Shown here: in pieces, positions 1 through 9,833 of the stretch | Position numbering within the stretch: the first letter of the stretch is position 1 | Layout: each line of letters begins with the position of its first letter | Assembly: GCA_010093705.1 (NCBI GenBank) | Contig: MU006089.1 | Span: forward strand, 3,628-67,627 | Reading direction: 5' to 3' | Length of the DNA: 64,000 bases | DNA from: Patellaria atrata CBS 101060 | Lineage: Eukaryota | Notes under the pieces: generated by a model | Told to the model about the DNA's origin: nothing | Database searches by the model: none | Seen by the model: the letters and a program-made list of their open reading frames with translations, nothing else | Program-made: the position numbers and the translations under genes

Positions 1-92
1 ATTTTTATTATTTTTATTATTTTTATTATTTTTATTATTTTTATTATTTTTATTATTTTTATTATTTTTATTATTTTTATTATTTTTATTAT
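1..92. repeat. Tandem repeat, 9-bp unit (ATTTTTATT), about 10 copies, truncated by the window edge
   Basis: Read directly from the sequence. Confidence 0.9.
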
Positions 93-1329
93 TTTAAATA
101 AAATTATTATAATTATTATTTAAATATTTTTTATTATATAATTTATATATTTATATATTTATTTTAATATTTTATATTATTATTTTATTAATAATATTAT
201 TTTTTTATTTTATTATTATAATATTATTATAAAATAATTAATAAAATTTATTTATTTTATATTAATAAAAATTTAAATAATAATATTATAAATAATATTA
301 TTAATTAATTATTAAATATAAAAAAATTTATTTTAAATTATTTAAATTAATATTTTTATAAAATTTAATATAAAATTTAAAAATTAATTATAAATTATTA
401 ATAAAATAATTAAATATAATTTATATATAATAATATAAAATTTAATATTATAAAAATTTTATTTTTTTTATATAAATTATAATTTTAAATTAAAAATATA
501 TTATAAATTAAAAATATATTATAAATTAAAAATATATTATAAATTAAAAATATTTTTAAATATTTTATAAAAAATAATATTAAAAATTAAATAAATTAAA
601 AAATTATATATATATAATTATTATAAAATATAATTTTTTAAAAAATAAAAATTATAAAATATAATAATTAATATAAATTATTAAAATTAATTTTTTAAAA
701 AAAAGATAAAATTTATATATTATTAAAAAATTTTAAAATAAAATAATTTAATAAAAAATTAATTTTTTTAAAATTAAATAAATTAAAAAAAAATTATTTA
801 TAAATTAAAATTATTATAAAAAAATATATATTTAATTTTTTATATATTATTTTTAAAATTAATATATATTAATATTAATTTTAAATATAATTTATAAAAT
901 TTAAAAAAAAAATATTTATAAAATAAAATAAATTTTAAATTTATAATAAATAAATATTTAATATTTATATTTTATAAAATAAAAAAATTTTAAATATATA
1001 AATAATATATAAAAATTATTTAAATATATAATAAATTATAATAAAAAATTTTATTATTAAAATTAAAAAATTTAAATTAAAATAAATAGAAAAAATATTA
1101 ATAAAATTAAATTTTATAATAAAAAATAAATAATATATTATTTTTAAAATTAAAATTATAAAAAAAAGAAAATAATATTATAATTATAAAATAAAAAAAA
1201 TAATATTATTAATAAAATAATATAAAATATTAAAATAAATATATAAATATATAAATATTTAAATTATATTATTAATAATAATTTTAATAATTTTTTTTAA
1301 AAGAATAAAAAGAATAAAAAGAATAAAAA

Positions 1330-1492
1330 TATATTTTATTTTATTTTAAATATTATTTAAAATTAAAAAATTAATTAATTATATTATTATTTTATAAAAT
1401 TTATTTTAATAATAAATTATTTTAAATAAAAAATTAAATATATTTTTAAATATATTTTATTTTATTTTAATAAATATAAACTTTTATTATTA
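1330..1492 (+). mobile_element. Partial AT-converted copy of the 3' part of the LTR at 6582-7204
   Basis: 'tttattttaataaatataaacttttattat' (1461-1490) recurs at 7171-7200, and the upstream similarity continues. Confidence 0.6.
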
Positions 1493-1675
1493 TATTTAAA
1501 TTATAATTTAAATTTATATATATTATTTTTTATTTTTAATTATTATAATATTTTTAATAATAAAAAATAAATTATATTAAATAATTAAAAAATATATAAT
1601 AAATAAATAAATATATAAAATATATAAAATATATTAATATTATATTTAAAATAATAATTTTTTAAAATAAAAAAT

Positions 1676-1786
1676 TAATATATTTTTATTAAATATATTT
1701 TTATTTAATATATTTTTATTTAATATATTTTTATTTAATATATTTTTATTTAATATATTTTTATTTAATATATTTTTATTTAATAT
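1676..1786. repeat. Tandem repeat, 15-bp unit (TATTTTTATTTAATA), about 6-7 copies
   Basis: Read directly from the sequence. Confidence 0.85.
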
Positions 1787-1858
1787 TTATATATATATAT
1801 ATATATTAAAATATTTTAAATATTTAAAATTAAATATATTATTTATAATATTAATATT

Positions 1859-1936
1859 TTTTTAATTATAATTTATTTTTAATTATAATTTATTTTTAAT
1901 TATAATTTATTTTTAATTATAATTTATTTTTAATTA
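1859..1936. repeat. Tandem repeat, 17-bp unit (TTTTTAATTATAATTTA), about 4 copies
   Basis: Read directly from the sequence. Confidence 0.8.
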
Positions 1937-2789
1937 TTTAATTAAATAATATTAAATTATATATATTTTTTAAATTTTATAATAAATTTTATTAATTTAA
2001 TTAAATTTTATTTAAATATTAATTTTATTTAAATTATAAAAATTATTATTATAAAAATTATATTTAATTTTAATTTTTTTAAAAATATAAATTATATATT
2101 AATTATTTTAAAAAAATTTTAAAATTTTTTAATTAATTAAAAATTATTCTAAAATTTTTTAAATATATTATAAATTTTTTAAATTAATATTTTTTTAAAA
2201 ATTTTTAATTTTATATAATTAATAATTAATTTATTATATTTATTATCTTATATAATTATAATATAAATTTTTTTAAATTAAAATTAATTATTTATTAAAT
2301 AATTAATTATTTTTAAATTATAATAATTTTATAATAATTAATAATTTTTTTAAATTAAAAATAATTTTTTTAATATATTTTTTTATTATATAATTATTTA
2401 AATTTATTTTTTTATATTTATTAATAATATTTATATTATTAATTTTTAATAAAATTTCTATTTTTATTATAATATTTTTTTTAAAATTATTATTATTATT
2501 TTATAAATTATTATTTTTAATATTATATTTTTATAATAATTTTTTTTTATTATTTTAAATATATTAATTTTATTTTTTTAAAATATTAAATATATTAAAT
2601 TTTTTAAATTTTTTTTAAATAATTATTTTATATTTTTAATAATATTTTAATTTAATATAATTATTAAATTTAATTTTTATAATTTAATAAATTTATTATA
2701 TTATTATAAAATTTTTAATAATTAATATTTTATTTTATTATTATTATTATTTTTAAATTTAATTATTTTTAAATATTTTTCTTTTTATA

Positions 2790-3045
2790 TATAACGACGT
2801 ATCACGATACTAATCCCGTATTTCCTATACTAAGTGTTTAGTTTATTTATAAGAGATCTTTATTAGGTCGGACGCGGAAAAGATCTCTAAGCGCTAATTG
2901 GTTAAACGGAAGATAGTCGAGCCGAGACTTAGTAAGACGGGACTATTATATATAGATATTCGGCCTACGATATTATTATTCCTTAACTTAATCTCTACAC
3001 TTAGTAGTTAGTAATAGAGATAGTTAAAATACGATTATTATAGCT
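2790..3045. mobile_element. GC-retaining island inside the AT block, possibly a less-mutated LTR of a second family
   Basis: About 250 bp that keeps many CpG but few CpA/TpG. It begins TATAAC (a possible converted TGTAAC). No convincing target-site duplication. Confidence 0.35.
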
Positions 3046-3064
3046 ATACTATATTATTATATTA

Positions 3065-3260
3065 TATAATAAAAATTTATATTTATTAAAATAAAATAAA
3101 ATATATTTAAAAATATATTTAATTTTTTTAATATAATAAATTATTATTATAATTTTAATAAATAATTTTTATTATTAATATAATTTTTTAATTTTAAATA
3201 ATATTTTAAATAAAATAAATTATATTATATAAAAATAATTATAAAAAATTTAAATTTATA
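3065..3260 (-). mobile_element. Further partial AT-converted copy of the same LTR family
   Basis: 'tataataaaaatttatatttattaaaataaaat...' parallels the sequence from 3492 onward. Confidence 0.5.
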
Positions 3261-3488
3261 TATAAAAAATAATTTTTTAATTATTTAATATATTAAATAT
3301 AAATTTTTTTTTATATTTATTATATTTAAATTATTTTTTTAAATATATTAAATATATTAAGTATAATTTTTTTTAATAATATTTTTTAAAAATTAAAATA
3401 TATTATATAAAAATAATAAAATAAAAAAAATTATTTTTAAATAATTTTTTTTTAATAATTTTATTTTAATATTTTTATTTTATATTAA

Positions 3489-4014
3489 TATTATAATAGA
3501 AGTTTATATTTATTAAAATAAAATTAAATAAATTTAGAAATATATTTAACTTTTTATTTAATATAATTAATTATAAAGATAAGTTTAATAAAATAATAAA
3601 ATATATATAATAAAGATATTTTAAATTAATAATATAATTTATTAACTTTTTAACTTTAAATAATATTTATAATAAAATAAAATATATTATATAAAAATAA
3701 TATAATAAATAAAGTTAAATTTAAAACTATAATATTTAAATTTATAAATAAAATTAATAGTAAAAATAATTATAAAAAATTTAAATATATAAAAAAAAAA
3801 TTATTTTTAAATATTATTATTTTTTATAATTAATTTAATTATTTATACTTTAATTATTTTAATTATTAATTATTTATAATAATTAATATAATTAATAATT
3901 ATTATTTAATTATATAATTTTTTATTATTTATTTTATTTATAATTTTTTTAAATAATATTTTTTTCTTTCTTTTATTTATTATTTATATATTTTTATAAT
4001 TTATAATTATAATA
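3489..4014 (-). mobile_element. Solo LTR, fully AT-converted; inverted copy of 6582-7204
   Basis: The reverse complement of 6582-7204 aligns here almost entirely by G>A/C>T changes (e.g. GCATGTTCTTACAACTTGTGGCCGTAACA becomes ATATATTTTTATAATTTATAATTATAATA at 3986-4014). Ends TATTAT..ATAATA correspond to TGTTAC..GTAACA. It is flanked by the direct repeat ATTAA (3484-3488, 4015-4019), a candidate 5-bp TSD. Confidence 0.8.
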
Positions 4015-4428
4015 ATTAATTATTTTTTATTATTTTATAATTATTTTATAATTATTATATTAATATATTTAAATTATATATATTTTAATTAATAATTTTT
4101 ATTTATAATTTTTTATTTATTAATTATTTTATTATTTTAATTTATAATATTAATAAAAATTTAAATTTTTTTATAAAATTTAATAAAAAAGTATTATTAT
4201 TTATTTTAAATTAAATAGTTTATATTATTACTATTTTTAAATATAAAAGAGCGGTCTATAATATAGAGATACTTAAGATAAGATAAGATTAAGATAATAG
4301 AACTACTATTCTTAGCATGTTTTTCTATACTATAATATATTAACAACTTATGTTTATCCCGAACGCGTAACCTTATACTCTTGGGTACAGCTTTGAAACA
4401 TCGCCTATACGGACGATTTGATTAAAAA

Positions 4429-5586
4429 ATGGCGAATAGAGGCTACGATGTGGTCGTGGATGTTGATGCTGAGGTAACCTTTTCTCTCCCTTCATTCTCG
4501 TTGTCTACGAAAGCTAATCTTAGATCTAGGGAGATCTAGGCCACACCGATCTTCAAGAAGATCTCGAATTCCACTCCTCCAGTATTTAATCCCTTCTCCT
4601 ATGATTGAGACCCATAACCCCTTCTAATTGACACCCCCAGACTTCAATGACCCGCCAAACTCTCGCTCCAAAATCGTCCCCGATGACCTTCCCGGGCGTT
4701 CCTCTCCCTCCAGCGGCGGCAGCTCTAAACGCTTCCTTTGGACCCTCTCCTTCTACTCGCAATTTTTCGATGTCGACACAGCTGAAGTGACCAAGCGCTG
4801 CTTGGCCGCTATATTCCCTAGGGCAAATTTTTTGGATGTATTAGAGGGGAACCCGGATCTCTATGGCCCATTTTGGATCGCGACGACGGTTGTTATGATT
4901 CTCTTTTTGACCGGGACAATTAGTATGTATTTGAAGTGGAATGGGAAAGGATATTTTGCGTATGATTTTAAGTTGTTGAGTGGTAAGTTTTCCTAAGTCC
5001 TGAGGAAGGGGTCGTAAAGAGGGAAAGGGAGATAGGAGGCTAATTGTGGGTTTGTAGGTGCTGCGGGTCTTATATATGGATACACTGGCGTTATACCTAT
5101 TGCTCTCTGGGGCACCTTAAAGTGGTTTGGAAGCGAGTCCGCCAACCTCCTCGAGTGCTGGACTTTATACGGTTATGCGAATATTATCTGGATTCCGGTT
5201 GCGCTAATATCGTGGTCACCGATCAATAGTGAGTTCTGAATTGCCGAACTCGCAATAACCTTTAAGCTAACCTAGTCATCCCTAGTCCTCAACTTTGTCT
5301 TCGTCAGTGTCGGCTTTGCCATTTCAGCAGTCTTCCTCTTCAGAAATCTCTACCCAATCGTCAGCGCTATAGACGTGCGAACATCAAAAATCTTACTGAT
5401 TGCCGTGATCACATTACACGCTGGGTTAACCATTGCCATAAAGATCCTTTTCTTCGCGTAAGTCCTTAACTCCCACCTGATTCCGTAGGCCTACACTAAT
5501 CAACATAATGCAGCCATAATAGTCCAGCAAAGAAGAACAAAGGTCATGAAGATGATGATGACAAACTTATTAAGATGTTATTTTGA
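4429..5586 (+). CDS. Yip1-domain Golgi membrane protein (YIPF1/Yip5-like), 6 exons
   Basis: Spliced product MANRGYDVVVDVDAE|GDLGHTDLQEDLEFHSS|NFNDPP...FYSQFFDVDT...DLYGPFWIATT...YGY...W...YGYANIIWIPVALISW..., ending at TGA 5584-5586. Canonical GT-AG introns (first at 4474-4529) keep the frame open. Confidence 0.9.
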
Positions 5587-6050
5587 AAGAAGGGCTCAGT
5601 TTTGACCAGTTTTGACTGATTATAATATTATCTCAAGATAGACTAGTAATCTTAAGGAGTTTTTACCATTTATAGAATCGTTTTCCTGGCATGTATACCC
5701 TCTTATGGCGTTAATTTAATTAAGTCATTTATAGAATATGGAAATCTAAATGTTACCTCGATAATTTCCTCTTCTAGACGCGTGGTAATGCACCTTAGAT
5801 AGTGCTTTCATTCACTTAGCTTTTGATTTTCAGTACCGTAGGGGACCTCTACAATGGCCGAGCCAAGAAATAGAAAGTTCACGACGAGGACGATGATACG
5901 AATTATCAGGATGCTTTTAGGCCTAGAGCTGATTTTAGACTAAAACCGAATACTATCGTAGTAGGATACCTTCTTACTCCCAAGCTATTTCCAAAGTATC
6001 CCTCATAAACTTTCCTCGAGACTCAAATATTGTAGATACTCCCGTCCCTC

Positions 6051-6581
6051 GCGCTAAACCCGATTGAACCGCCTGTAGGAAGTATAATAGAATCGTCGAA
6101 CATCTAGCGAAGTTCACTTCTCGAATTTCTCAATTTCTTCTTTAGACGAGTGACGACGCTGCTCGGACGAGAGCTATTCACCCAATTCTATGTACATTTC
6201 TATCTTCCAGACACATTTGACCTTTCTTAGCGCTAAACCCGATTGAACCGTATACGGTAAGCGTAGCAGAATCGTCAAACGTCTAGAGAAGTTCACTTTT
6301 CGAATTTTTCATTTTCTCTAGACGCGTGGACGATGTCGGGTGGAATGAGAGTCAGAACTCAGAATAGACGGATATGAAATATTACATTGAGCAGCGCTAG
6401 GCCTAATTAAGCCCCTTATAACAAGTGTAGAGACATCGTCGAACGTCTAGCGAAGCTCACTTCTTGATTATCTTCTCTACGTGTCATGATACGATTTAGA
6501 TGAGAATGATTAACCCGGCTCTATATATCAAATTTCGGAACCTCTAGGCAGTTACATTTCTCAGCGCTAAACCCGATCAAG
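6051..6581. repeat. Degenerate tandem array, unit 164-179 bp, three full units plus a fourth truncated by the LTR
   Basis: GCGCTA(AACCCGAT) starts at 6051, 6230, 6394 and 6564. Each full unit carries the block ATCGTCRAACRTCTAGMGAAGYTCACTT. Confidence 0.8.
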
Positions 6582-7204
6582 TGTTACGGCCACAAGTTGT
6601 AAGAACATGCAGTCGACGAGTGAGGAGAAGAGAGAAGGACCACTCAGGAGAACTGCGGGTGACGTTAACAGTCAGGGTCACGTGACCTAGACGTTCAGAC
6701 GCGTTAGTCGTATGGTCGCAAGGAGAACGACCAAACGACCAGAACGACCAAGCGACCAAGGGAATGGACGTTTGGACGCGTTGGTCATACGGTCGCAAGT
6801 AGAACGACCGAACGACCAAAACGACCGAACGACCAAAACGACCAAACGACCATCAAGTTAAACTATAAAGGAAGAGGAATATTTAAGGACGGTCTTTCCC
6901 TTATATATTTAGATTCTTCGTAGTTATTCTTACTATCAATCTTATCTATAAATTTAGATATTATAGTTTTAAACTTAACTTTATTTATCACGTTATTTTT
7001 ATATAATATATCTTATTTTATTATAAATATTATTTAAAGTTAAGAAATTAATAAATTATATTATTAATTTAAAATATTTTTATTATATATATTCTATTAA
7101 TTTATTAAAATTACTTTAATAATTAATTATATTAAATAAAAAGTTAAATATATTTTTAAATTTATTCTATTTTATTTTAATAAATATAAACTTTTATTAT
7201 AATA
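6582..7204 (+). mobile_element. Retrotransposon LTR (about 620 bp) with an unmutated 5' half and an AT-converted 3' half
   Basis: Starts TGTTAC and ends ATAATA (converted GTAACA). Contains the GGTCACGTGACC palindrome (6676-6687), an AACGACC repeat cluster (6726-6851) and TATAAA (6864-6869). Multi-copy within the window. Confidence 0.75.
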
Positions 7205-7900
7205 TAATTTTCTTTATTATATTATTTTTATATAATATATTTTTTTAAATTAAAAATATTATTTTAAAATTAAAAAATTAATAATTTATATTAATAATTT
7301 ATATTAATAATTTATATTAATAATTTATATTAATAATTTATATTAATAATTTATATTAATAATTTATATTANNNNNNNNNNNNNNNNNNNNNNNNNNNNN
7401 NNNNNNNNNNNNNNNNNNNNNNNNNNNNNNNNNNNNNNNNNNNNNNNNNNNNNNNNNNNNNNNNNNNNNNNAATTTATATTAATAATTTATATTAATAAT
7501 TTATATTAATTATAATAATATTATAAAAATTAAATTAAAATTTTATTATTATAAATTTTATAATAATAAAAATTATAATTTAATTTTTTTAATTTAATTT
7601 TTTTATAATATAATTAAATTATATTAATTATAATATAATAATATAAAAATTATAATAAAATTAATATAATAAAATTAATATAATAAAATTAATATAATAA
7701 AATTAATATAATAAAATTAATATAATAAAATTAATATAATAAAATTAATATAATAAAATTAATATAATAAAATTAATATAATAAAATTAATATAATAAAA
7801 TTAATATAATAAAATTAATATAATAAAAAATTAAATTAAAAAGAAAAAAAATTATAATTAAATAATTTATTATTATAAAGTTTATATTAATGGAATTTTA
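7205..7900. repeat. AT-only block with a 13-bp (AATTTATATTAAT) array across an assembly gap and a 14-bp (AATAAAATTAATAT) array of about 12 copies
   Basis: Arrays at about 7280-7510 and 7655-7827; N-run at 7372-7471. Confidence 0.85.
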
Positions 7901-8150
7901 GCTTTATTGAATAAGGAATAATGGAGAGTTATTTATTATCTATAATATCATTATATCTCTTCTAGGACGCGTTCTAGTGCGGTTAGTTCGTTATTCACGG
8001 GTCTTTCATATGACCTTGATAAGCAGCTGACCCGATTAGGTACTGCACGATTAATCTCCGCAATACGAACAAATCAATAGGACGTTACAACATCCATCCC
8101 ATATATACATCCCGAAAACCATTATGCGCATGCTTTCCCCTTATTCCCTG

Positions 8151-9435
8151 TCATTTATACAAAATCCCCTCAACCTCCTCCGCAATCGCCAAACAACTCG
8201 TCAACCCTGGACTCTCGATCCCCAACAAATTCACCCACGCCTCATAGCCCTCCTCTTTTTTTATCCAGAAATCCAAGAATCCTGTTCCCCCCACCACACT
8301 TCCCCCCTTACCTAACTTCGGCCTTATACCAGCATAGTCCAGACTTATCGCATCTCTGTCGATACCCGGGAGGTAGGACTGAATCGCGTCTAGAGCTTCC
8401 GTGAGCCGGGAATTGTTGACGGAAAGATCATTAGGGTCCGATACCCACTCGACATCCGGTCCGAAGCGCATGCGCCCGGCCATGTCAAGGGTTAGATGCG
8501 TGCCCAACCCACCTAGTCCAGGTGTTGGAGCGGGGTATACCAGCGTCTTGGGTTTCGGGTGGGAGCCCGAGTATGAAAAGTAACTTCCCTTGGCGTAAAA
8601 CGGTTCTATAGCCTTCTCGGGCCCGACAATGGAGTTGTAGAGAGGTATTGAGGCCAGACCTGCGGAATTGATCAATACTTCTACGGTTATTGGCTCCTCG
8701 CAGTCTTTGATATGGACTTCCCATCCGCCGGTCCCGTTGCGGATGGGCGCAATTCGCGAGACGGGGCTGTTGAAGGCGCATACCCCACCCCTATCTTCAA
8801 ACTCGCCCTGAAGCGCTTGCATCAGGCTGTGGCTGTCGACAATGCCCGTTGTGGGGGACTCGAGAATCCCAGCTTCGGCGCGCACGTCAGGTTCGCGGCG
8901 CTTTGCTTCGTCGAGGGAGACGAAGTGCGTGGGGACATCGATGGTCTTGGAAAATGTGTGAACTTTTTCGAGTTCGGCCATCTGTTGGGAGTCTTGCGCT
9001 ACGATCCATTTACCGCAGTTCATGTGGGGGATCGAACGCCGAGCGCAGTAGTCGTAGAGGAGGTGTTTACCGCGGAGGCAGAGTTTGGTTTTGAGAGAGG
9101 TGGGACTATAGTAGAGGCCTGCGTGAATAACCTGGGGATTCCATAACTCAGTTAGTCTTATAGTCTCAATCATTCGTATTATCTGTCGAACACCGCCAAG
9201 TACTTATGTTCAGATGTACCTCTGAGTTTCTACTGCTTGTCTCTGTACCAGGATGGCTATGCCGCTCGATCAGGACCGTCGAAGTACCTTCTCTGCCTTG
9301 CAATTGACGTGCTACTGCCAATCCCACAACACCACCGCCGATTACCGCGTGCGTGAAATCTGCATCACGAACTGCACTCGTTGAGAATGGCCTATTTAGC
9401 CTTACAAGCTGTCGCAAGGCGGGACGAGCGAACAT
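8151..9435 (-). CDS. L2HGDH: L-2-hydroxyglutarate dehydrogenase-like FAD-dependent oxidoreductase, mitochondrial, 2 exons
   Basis: [11 protein letters not shown]-binding motif; [13 protein letters not shown] joined across intron 9132-9219; [29 protein letters not shown]; Arg-rich N-terminal presequence. Confidence 0.9.
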
Positions 9436-9833
9436 GTTGCGCAATGCCGCAATTGATGCTCAAGATTATTGAAATAGAATGAAATACATACTGAACTTCG
9501 ATGTGAGGGTCAGATATTGCACACTAAGTCTCTTCTATAAGAGTATTGTAGTTGGGATGTAACGCGACCGAAGAAAAAGGTGTGACGTTGTGAACTCGGG
9601 TTAGTTGTTGCTTATCGTCGGGCCGATAAGAAGACGATAAGGGTGATCACGTGTTCGATAGGTTTGAAGTAGGGGAAGATAGATACGCGAAACCATAAAA
9701 AAGAATACGGATATTGTGATATGTGGGAAAAATAGTTTTTCTATCCAAATAAAACTCCTGAATGACGTATCCGCTCTGAACTCCATCCCGGGTATCATCG
9801 CGAAAATTCTAGCCCCCAACGGTCCGTGTATCT

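Larger units (their letters stand above)
1..4250. mobile_element. Extremely AT-rich block of nested transposon relics, consistent with repeat-induced point mutation (RIP)
   Basis: C and G are almost absent over 4 kb. It contains segments that align, after C>T/G>A conversion, to the less mutated LTR at 6582-7204. It ends with an abrupt return to normal GC near 4250. Confidence 0.85.

Noticed and set aside
1..92. Possible telomeric repeat at the window start
   Set aside because: The unit is a 9-bp AT-only motif, not TTAGGG/CCCTAA or a 6-bp derivative.
6051..6581. CRISPR-like reading of the repeat/spacer pattern
   Set aside because: Eukaryotic context, degenerate units of about 170 bp and no cas genes.
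6577..6819. 80-aa minus-strand ORF
   Set aside because: It lies in the LTR and translates the AACGACC repeats.
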